DNA of 64,000 nt from Octopus vulgaris (lineage: Eukaryota), in NCBI GenBank assembly GCA_951406725.2, contig OX597838.1, forward strand, positions 3,286,001-3,350,000, written 5' to 3'. The translations under genes were made by a program, and so were the position numbers. This document shows positions 54,601 through 64,000 of the stretch, in pieces. Numbering within the stretch: position 1 is the first letter of the stretch; every line of letters starts with the position of its first letter. Under the pieces are notes generated by a model. The model made no database searches, was not told the DNA's origin, and saw only the letters and a list, made by a program, of their open reading frames with translations.

Positions 54601-57600
54601 TGTGTGAAAGTTGGAAACGCTTGTAGTGTCCTTCATTCTCTATCTTTCGTGGAAACAGGTCTGGCCATGGGGAAATATTATCTTACTTGGAAACAGATAA
54701 GCGTTGGCAACAGGAAGGGCATCAGGCTGTCGAAAATCTGCCTCAACAAAATTCCACCCGACCCAAGTGAGTTTGGAAAAGTGGACACGAAAATGATGAC
54801 GATGACACAATCTAAAAATGACAGTTTGGTCCGTCATCTGTTCTAACACTTATCCTGCTTCCTGCAAGATCCCCCCCATTTATATATGTTGCAGTGACTG
54901 CGTTATTGCGGCAGTTACTGCGTCATGGTACCCGACATGGAAAGGTTACCATCCCCAAGGCCTCACTGTCCCACCACCACCAAGAAACTGACAGTTGAAA
55001 CAGGAATCTGAACTCAGAATGTCAAGAATACAAGAGTGGATCTGTGTGCAAGAATGCATGAATGAGTGAGTGCGTGTGTGCACATCAAGTGAATGTGTGT
55101 GTCTGTATGTACATTAGTGAATGTGTGTGTGTGTGTGCACATCAGTGTGTGAATGCACATCTGTGTATGTGTGTCTGTATGCACATTGGTGAATGAGTGT
55201 GTGTGTGACTGAGAATGAGTGTGAATGCAAATGAATGAATGAATGGAGGAGAGAGAAAGAAAGAATGTTTCCATTTGCATGTGTGCATATTTTATGCATG
55301 CATATGCACTATCTGTACATGTGCACCTATCTGTCTACCCATGCATGTGTATGCATATATATGTGCATATGCATGTACATCTAAATGTGTGTGTGTGTAC
55401 ACATGCGAATGCACACACGCACACTGCATGCGTGTGTGCATCTGCATTTAGCACATGCTCGTATATTTGTGCACGTAACACTTGAACAAACAGGTCTTTA
55501 CACTTTGTGAACTAATACACTGCCTGCCTAGCCTCCCCCACCCCAAACGCCGCCCTATCAACCCGACCCCCACCCAACATTGAAAAGTAGCTGACTAATG
55601 AAATCAGCTGGTTTCCTCACAGGTGTAGCTGGAGGGGGAGGGGAGCCCCAGAAAGGTAATATTTTTATGGTGGTGGTGGTGGAGGAGGGCGTGAGGAAAG
55701 GGCTCCCTTGTAAACTCCCCGGGGAGAGAACAAATAGCTATTCACGTTTCCCCTGCCACTGCCTTGCCCCCTGCCGAGAAAGGAGCCAGGCAGGAGATGA
55801 GGGTGACGGCTGCGGAGTGGTGGGAGTGGTGGCGGTGAGTGTTAAATTATCCTCTGAACTAATCAGTGACAAATCTTTACCAATTGTGTTACATTCTCTC
55901 CCTCCCTTCCTCCGCCCTCTCTCTCTCTGTCAAAAGCAACAACAACGAGAACAACAAGATGCCGACAAAAGTGACAGTGAAGCCTCTCCGTCCAACCGAC
56001 CTGGGTCACTCAAACTTGCTTGAAACAACCACCAAAAACCTCCCCCCACGATATCATACATGAAAAAAGAAAGGACACATTGAGATAATATGGTCTTAGC
56101 CACTCCTATATATTGGGATGGTCATGGTTGCAAAAGCTCCTGGCCATGGGTCTGCATGATCAAAGGCCAAAATGGCCACATGTTAGCTGAATATTTCCAC
56201 AGTCACATCCACATGGCCACGTCTAAATAGTCCAGTCTCCAGTCCATCATGACCATGTGGTTGGAAAGCAAATTTCTTATCAGAGAGCCATACCTGAGTC
56301 TATAATGTGTAGAAAAAACCCAAAAAAACCACAGCATAAAGTGGGTGACCCATTACCTTGACCATCAGAGTTCATAACATTTTTTACAAAAAATATTTTC
56401 TACTTGCATTAAACCCTTTCGTTATCGACTACAAATGTCTTGTTTTTGTAAGTTTTTAATTAAAATCTTCCACAGAACCTTATTCACAATTTATGTTCCT
56501 AACACTAGCTGAATGATAAATAAGTTATTTTACTAAATTCTTTGTTATATTTAAAATTAATTGAAGGAAACAGAGCATCACAACAGAAATATGGTAACAA
56601 AAGGGTTAACAAATGATTAATTTAACCCTTTCATTGCCAACCCGGCTGAAACAGCTCTGGCTCTGAGTACAAATGTCTTGTTTTTCTAAGTTCTGAATTA
56701 AAATCTGCCACCAAACCGTAGTTGCAATTTATGTTGCTTACACTAACTGAATGATAACTGGACAAAATGCAAAGCAGCACTTTGTCCTTGCATTCTGAGT
56801 TCAAATTCCAGCAAAGTTAGCTTTGCCTTTCATTCTTTTGGGGGCCAATAAAATAAGTACCAGTTGAGCACCAGGGTTGATGCTATCCCATTTATTCCTT
56901 TCCCTGAAATTGCTGGCCTTGTGCCAAAATTTGAAATCAATATTATTAACTTAAATAAAGATTAAAAGTAAAAAAAGCAACACCGTTGTATAAAGTAAAA
57001 ATTAAGAATCTTTTCCTCTCATTATCCACCACAATAAAAAAAAAAGCCACAAAGAAATCCATAAATATTATATAGGAGCTGGCGTTGCTTCCCAGCCACA
57101 TGGTTCTGGGTTCAGTCCCACCACGTGGCGGCACTTTGGACAAGTGTCTTCTATAGCCTAATGAATGGGATTTAGTAGACAGAAACTGAATGAAGCCTGT
57201 CGTGTGTGTGTGTGTGTGTGTGTGTTTATGTCCCTGTAACTTGGCAGTTCAGCAAAAGTGACCGATAGGATAAGTAGCAGGCTTTAAAAATGTTTTAAAA
57301 AAAAAAAAATAATAATAAAAAATACTGGGGTTGATTTATTTGCATAAAAAATCCTTGAAGGCAGTGCCCCAGCATGGCCACAGTCTAATGACTGAAACAA
57401 GTATAAAAATAAAAGACAAAGAACAAAAGTGTAAATGAACAATACAAAAAAAAAATATAATAAAATAACAAATAAAAAGGAGTAAATGAGTGGAGAAAAA
57501 AAAACGTAACAAAAATACAGCAAAAAAATTTTTTTAAAAAAAAGGAAGAAAATAAAAGAAAAAGAAGAACAAAAAAGCCCAGAAAGCAACAAAGTGTTCC

Positions 57601-58765
57601 TAATTGCCGTCATGTTAAATGTTAGACAAATTTAGACTGTGTTGAACTTTAGAGGAAAACAGTTTCTTGAAGTGAGGAAAGCAGAAGGGGGGGGCATTTA
57701 AACTAAATACAAAAAACAATAAAAAACAAATACTGGCAAAAAGGCAATTTAAGTCCAGTTACTGCTACCCTCTTACTTCCACCACTACCACCATCACCAC
57801 CACAGCACCTCCAACCAACGAGGGAGGCCACCTCCGGAGGCTTCTCTCTCTCTCTCTGTGACGGCACACACAGACTTGCTGGAAATATCAGCTGTCTTTT
57901 TACTTGATTCAGTAAACTGGACTGTGGCCATGCTGGAGCACTGCCTTCATGGGGGGGGGGGGTTAGCCCAGCACTTCTCAACCATCTTTTGCCTACTTTT
58001 ATTCTTTTACTTGTCTCGGTCATTTGACTGCGGTCAAACAATTCAAACCCCTGGACTTACTTTTTAAGCCCGGTACTTATTCTATCACTAAGTTACGGGG
58101 ATGTAAACACACCAACACTGGCTGTCATGCAATGATTTTTTTTTTTGGAGGGGGAGAACAAATGCACAAAGAGAGAGAGACACACACACACGTGATGGGC
58201 TTCATTCAGTTTCCGTCTACCAAATCTACCCACAAAGCTTTGGTCGGTCCGAGGCTATAGTAGAAGACACTTGCCCAAGGTGTCACGCAGTGGGACTGAA
58301 CCTGGAACCATGTAGTTGAGAAGCAGCCTTCTTACCACACAGCCACTCCTGCGCCTATATTAGAATATTTAGGCCAGATCTGGCCAGTTTGACCCCTTAG
58401 CATTCAGATTTCTTTGCCAAATGAATTACTTACATCTTCACATTTTATAAAATTAATCCTGTATTATCTCATAGCTTTGAGAATTTTTAGAATGACATTG
58501 CGGGGCTGGATCCGGCCAGCTTGAACATATAACTGGCAGAATATTTGGGCCTGATGTGGTCAGTTTAAATGCTAAAGGGTTAAAAATTCCTATTTTGCTC
58601 CCCTCACATTAACTTGTGTAGGTTGAACTATGTAAAACATTAGGGAAAGAAACCTAGTCATGCCCTTCTATAAATTACATCTAAATTAAAATTTTTTTCA
58701 TGGATCCTTAATGAGTGTGTGTGTGTCTGTATGCACATTGGTGAATGAGTGTGTGTGAATGAAGG

Positions 58766-58968
58766 TGAGTGACTGAGAATGGGCTGAGAATGGGGGTGAG
58801 TGACTGAGAATGAGGGTGAGTGACTGAGAATGAGGGTGAGTGATGAAAATGAGGGTGAGTGACTGAGAATGAAGGTGAGTGACTGAGAATGAGGGTGAGT
58901 GACTGAGAATGAGGGTGAGTGATGAGAATGAGGATGAGTGATGAGAATGAGGGTGAGTGACTGAGAAT
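58766..58968. repeat. 20-bp minisatellite, about 10 units
   Basis: Unit TGAGTGACTGAGAATGAGGG with 19-bp variants. Confidence 0.93.
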
Positions 58969-60507
58969 AAGTGAGAGTGCAAATGAATTTACTATTTTGC
59001 TTGCATGGACCCCACCCAAAATCTTATCTGGAATCTGAGGGGTCATATGGCCCCTGGTTAGGAACCACTGGTTTAGTCAGACCGATCGACCCCAGAACTT
59101 TTTTTTTGTTACATAAGTCTGGTGTTTATTGTATTGGTTCTCTTTTTGCTAAACTGCTAAATTATGGGGACATAAACAAACTGACACAGGTTGTCAAGTA
59201 GTGGTGCAGGACAAACCCACATATACGCAATGAGATTCTCTCAGTTTCCATATTTCAAATCCGCTCACAAGGCTTTAGTCAGCCCAAAGCTGTAGTAGAA
59301 GACACTTGCCCAAGGTGCCACATGGTAAGTGGGATTGAACCCTGCACCAAGTGATTGGGAAGCAGACTTCTTACCATAGAGCCACGCCTGTATCATGTGG
59401 GAAAGATTCCCCCTCAACTCACTACAAAGTATTACTGCAACCATTGTCCATTCTCAGAAACGAACATATTGTGTAACGTGGCCCTTTCTGGGTGATTTGC
59501 ACATGGGGATATGGGGCGGAATGGAAAGAAAAGATGCCTTCTTGACCCCACTTGGCAGAATTTGAATTCAGAACATAGCAACAGACAAAATACCACAATG
59601 CATTTCACCTGACGTGCTAACGATTTTGCCAGCTCACCACTTTGATAATAATAATAATAATAATTAATTCTTTTATTGGCCACAAGGGCTGACAAAAATC
59701 AATTATTACATAAAGGGACAAAACAGGACGAAAGGTTACAAAGGGTTTTGTCCGTTTGTGAAAAACCTTGTAAAAACAGTGTAACAATCAAAAATTATAA
59801 CAACAAAAAACTCCCCCAAAAGGGGATTATAATAAAAATAAAAATAATAATAACCATAGTAACCTACATAAAATGTCAAATGTTATGGTGTGTGACTTTT
59901 GTCCCAACCTGTGTAATTCTCAAGGGTAAGATTAAAGTTTCTGAAATGAATGGAGAAATTCAAGGGATTGTTTTGTTCCACTGGTGTGACCTCTGCCCAG
60001 TTAACAGGCGATGTGGGTTCAAGCCCTGCAGGTGGAAAGGTGTTTTTCAACCAAATATATTTACATGCTCTTAATTATAGCTTTATGTGATGTGCCTCAA
60101 GAGCCAATGTTCCTAAAACGAATAACACACACACACACACACAGACACACGAAGGGCCTTTTTTAAGTTTCCATCTACCAAATCCATTCACAAGGCTTTG
60201 GTCAGCTTTAGGTTATAAAAGAAGACACTCGCCCAAAGTGCCATGCAGTGGGGTTGAACCCAGAACCATGTGGTTGGGAAACAAACATCTTACCACACAG
60301 CCACGCCAGCACCTTAAACCTAAAATAGGCTTGACACACTGTCAGTTACAATAATGAGCATTCCAACTGTTGTCACAAATTGAACAGCCTGCTTGTGATA
60401 TTAATCCGCAAGTGGCTGAGCACCCCACAGACATGCGTACCCTTAATGTAGTTCTCAGGGAGATTCAGCATGACACAGACTGTAATGCTGCTGGCTCACT
60501 GAACTAT

Positions 60508-60723
60508 CGAGAGGGTGCTGAAAAGTTCTTGGCTTTAAGGGTGTCACAAATGGCCTGGTTGGAAGCCCAACATTCTGAGGTCTTTTAAAGGGCTTAGACA
60601 AAACTGAAGGGTTACTGCAATTAAATGTTTGAATTTAAGAGGGGAATATAATCAATAAAATAATCAACTGATAATCCTGTATTCTCTTTTACCCAAAGCC
60701 AGGAACTTTTCAGCAGCCCTTTG
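60508..60723 (+). mobile_element. Mariner-derived MITE, same family; a truncated second copy follows at 60736-60819
   Basis: CGAGAGGGTGCTGAAAAGTTCTTGGCTTTAAGGG ... CCCAAAGCCAGGAACTTTTCAGCAGCCCT inverted ends. Confidence 0.72.
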
Positions 60724-63161
60724 TGTGTATATACATACGAAGGGGTGCTGGAAAGTTCCTGGCCTTAAGGGTATCATGAAAGACCTAGCTGGAAGCCCAA
60801 CGTTCCCAGTTCTTTTACAAGACTGGAGCAACGTGAAATAAAGTGCCTTGCTCAAGGACACAAGGCATCGCTGGGAATTGAACTCACAACCTTACAATCG
60901 TGAACTAAATACCCTAACCACTGAGTCAAGCACCATCACTGGCAACCGAGTAAGGACTCACCACTGTCTGGAGTGCTAAAGACTCCTCGGACTAGTAACC
61001 TGGTTTCTATGGCGTGCAAGTGACCAAAACAACATTACCCCTGAATAGGACACCAGCTGAGTAGACTGGAACTACGTGAAATAAAGCACCTTGCTCAAGG
61101 ATACAATGCTGGGAATTGAACTCAAGACCCTACGATTGTGAGCTGAATACACTAACTACTATGCTAGACATCTTCACTGAAACCTAAAATAAAAAGTTGG
61201 AAGTCAATCTCGGTTGTACTTGAACCCAGAATCTTAAAGTATGTGAGTAATATGCTGCAGGGTTATTTAGTATGATGCTCTGCTGGGTCTGTCATTAACC
61301 AATAATAATTATTACTAATTAAACTACGATGAACTTTAAGAGAGAATGTAATTCTTTCTAATTGGGTTATGTGTACACTAAGCACTCGAAAACGGTTTGA
61401 GTGGAAGGAGTTTTCTCAAGAATTTGGAAGGGTGTGTGTGTGTGTGTGCATGACTGCATGTGTATGAGTGTTTGAGGAGAGTGTGTTGCGTGTGTGCACA
61501 CTAGAACTGATGTGAACATTTTTCTTTTCCTTTTCCAAATGAACAAGAGTGTGTTTGTGTGCGAGCGAGTTAACACAAGTGTGTGTTTGTGTGAAAACAC
61601 AAGAGTGTGTTTGTGTGAGAGTGCAAGTGTAGTTACACTCTGAGTGTATTTGGACGAGCGTCCACCTGAAAACGTTCTGAGTGCAGATGTCTCTGCATGA
61701 AAGTGGAAAAAGGATATCTGTCCACATGAAAGTATACATGGCTGTCTACATGTGTCCCATACAGTACTGTCCTGAAGGCATGAGCATACAGGCAGTTACC
61801 CAGGGGCCCCAATTTTGATCTGTGTATGTTGTGGCTTGCTGACAAATAAGTACTATAGGGCCCAGTGCATTGACTTGCCTGGGGACCTTATGGATTTAGG
61901 GGCTTCAGTCTGATCTATGTAATGGTTTGCTGTCAAATACTATAGGGCTCAGTTCATTGATTTTCCAAAGGGCCTCACGGATCTAGGGGTCCAATTCTGA
62001 TCTTTGTATACTTTGGCTTGCTACCAATAAGGACCAGTGCATTGATTTGTGTGGGTGCCTCATGCATCATAGTTTAATTCTGAGCTACGTATGCTGTGGC
62101 TTGCTGTCATTACTATAGGGCTCAGCGCACTGATTTGTGTGGCGTAATGATCAGAATCTGGGTCATCTTTCAGAACATACAAAGTTGGACCTCTCTCTAT
62201 AACTAACATCCTGTGTTACACGAGTAAGGTCAGCATCTGGAACATACTTTTGCTTGTAAGAGCAGCCAAGCCAAAGAGAGGATAGGGGAGAGCCTTTACA
62301 CAGTTGCTTGATCTGCTACAAACAACAGCCCGACACTCTCAAATCACACACACGCACTGCAGCATCCTAAAAAGGAGATGAGCTCTTATACACTGAGGAT
62401 AATGTAATCCTAGCTGAAGGCAGAGTGTGAGGGTTGTCCTAAGATGTAGTGGACCTCGTCCAGGGATACAAAACAGGTCCTGTCCTAAGATGAAGTGGTC
62501 AACTGGCAGAAACGTTAGCATGCCGGGCGAAATGCTTAGCAGTATTTTGTCTGCTGTTATGTTCCGAGTTCAAATTCCGCCAAGGTCAACTTAGCATTTC
62601 ATCCTTTCGGGGGTCGATGTAATCGATTTAATACATTTGTCTGTCCCCTCTATGTTTAGCCCCTTGTGGGCAATAAAGTAATAAGTGGACCTTGTCCAGA
62701 GATACACAGCGGGCTCTGTTGTAGGATGTTGTGGGCCTTGTCCAGAGAAACAAGACAGGTCCTGCTGTAAGATATAGTGGGGCCTACCCACAGACAACTA
62801 TTATCCAATAAGTAGCTAATCCCTGCCACCCCCCCACCCACATTTATCATTCTTCAGCTTGTTATTGGGTCATGACATTCCCCTCTTTCAAGAAGAGAAT
62901 CACGAAAAAAATTTCAAGTGGACCAATATCATGCCACCAAGATCAGATTTCTATCCTTGTACATACACTGACCTAAAAAAAAAAAAAGAAAAAAAAGAAA
63001 AAAAAAACCGTCTCCAATCATGGCCATCACGATTGAGAATGATTTAGTAGGCTGTATCATGATTTTCTAATTAATGTAATTAATTGAAGTGCCTGTGTGG
63101 TCATGATCAGACAAAGAGGCATTCTTTTAGCCCTCTTATCCTTCATCTGACAGAACACAAA

Positions 63162-63205
<44 letters not shown>

Positions 63206-64000
63206 AAGAGAGATATGCACTAACCCTGGGATAGTACTTGACTGACCATAAATAGATGAACTTAAAGGGTGTTTGAACATGGGTTGCAGAGGAGTGGAAC
63301 AATGCGTTGTAATAGATGGGTTTTATGCACTTATACACACACAGACAAGTGGATTTTTTGAAATTTTCTGTTGCTTCCTTTTTTTTTTCTTTCCTTCTAT
63401 TATAGACATAAGGCCTGAAATTTGTATGAAAAGGGGCTAATTTCATTCTAAAAAAAAACACTTACATCGAAATCTCAAATCTGGGAGATAATGTAGGATT
63501 AATTCAAAACAATGTGAAGCAATAAGCATTTGATGCTGGGTAATCTGAATATTAAATTTTGTTACCAACCCAGCTGGAACTGCCTCTGGCTTTGTAGTAC
63601 AAATGTCTTGTTTTCCTAAGTTTTGGATTAAAATCTTCCACCAAACCCTAGTCACAATTCATGTTCCTAACACTAGCTTAATAGTAACTAAATTATTTTA
63701 CTAAATACTTTGTTACATATAAATACAGTAAAGAAAGGGTTAAAGCACATCTTGAAAACCACAGATTAAGGCAATGTCTTGGAGAAGGACGCAAGAAACA
63801 TTCAGGAATCTCCAGGCAGTTCAAGATTAAAGCATATTCTTTTAGTGAATCAGGTGAAAATTAAGGCACATTTTGGTGGATAATGGAATAAGATTAAAGC
63901 ACACTTGCTAGAATTGGGCAAAAATTAAGGCAGATTTTGGAAGATTAAGGATTAAGATTAAAACATTGAAGGGAATTGGGTAGAATTTAGAGCACGTTCT

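Noticed and set aside
55598-56023. 141-aa plus-strand ORF starting at ATG
   Set aside because: No recognisable homology; low-complexity composition; the 3' part runs into repeat-like sequence; antisense within the PTEN intron.
37623-64000. Search for PTEN exons 1-2 (AMG codon pattern; hits at ~41405 and ~54420)
   Set aside because: Both hits lie inside SINE-A copies and do not extend. The exons are probably beyond the window, although a by-eye scan could miss a diverged exon.
63760-64000. Recurrent (G/A)ATTAA(G/A)GCA motif at the window end
   Set aside because: A degenerate short tandem repeat cut by the window edge; not interpretable here.

Overview
Repeat-rich eukaryotic genomic DNA, most likely an octopus (inferred from the tRNA-derived SINE families and very dense CA/TA/AAT/GAT microsatellites). 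The only host protein-coding gene I can support is a PTEN orthologue on the minus strand. Seven GT-AG exons (37622-37578, 28734-28560, 27254-27147, 25459-25318, 23862-23696, 22119-21928, 20373-19978) splice in frame. They encode the phosphatase domain (HCKAGKGRT P-loop), the C2 domain and a long Ser/Thr/acidic tail ending in the PDZ-type motif TQV. I could not find the two 5' coding exons, which probably lie beyond 64000. The rest is SINEs, mariner/hAT/piggyBac-type MITEs, decayed LINE fragments, minisatellites and a degenerate tRNA-His copy; nearly all supplied ORFs are repeat noise. Best leads: a candidate frame-preserving 18-nt PTEN microexon (45061-45078); a Ser(AGT) at the conserved PTEN G251 position that one A-to-I edit would restore to Gly; an intron splitting the P-loop; a LIR-like DDEWEGL tail motif; and a 557-bp mariner fold-back. 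Comparisons with human and fly sequences are from memory, not database searches. I found no prokaryote-type system (CRISPR or operon).
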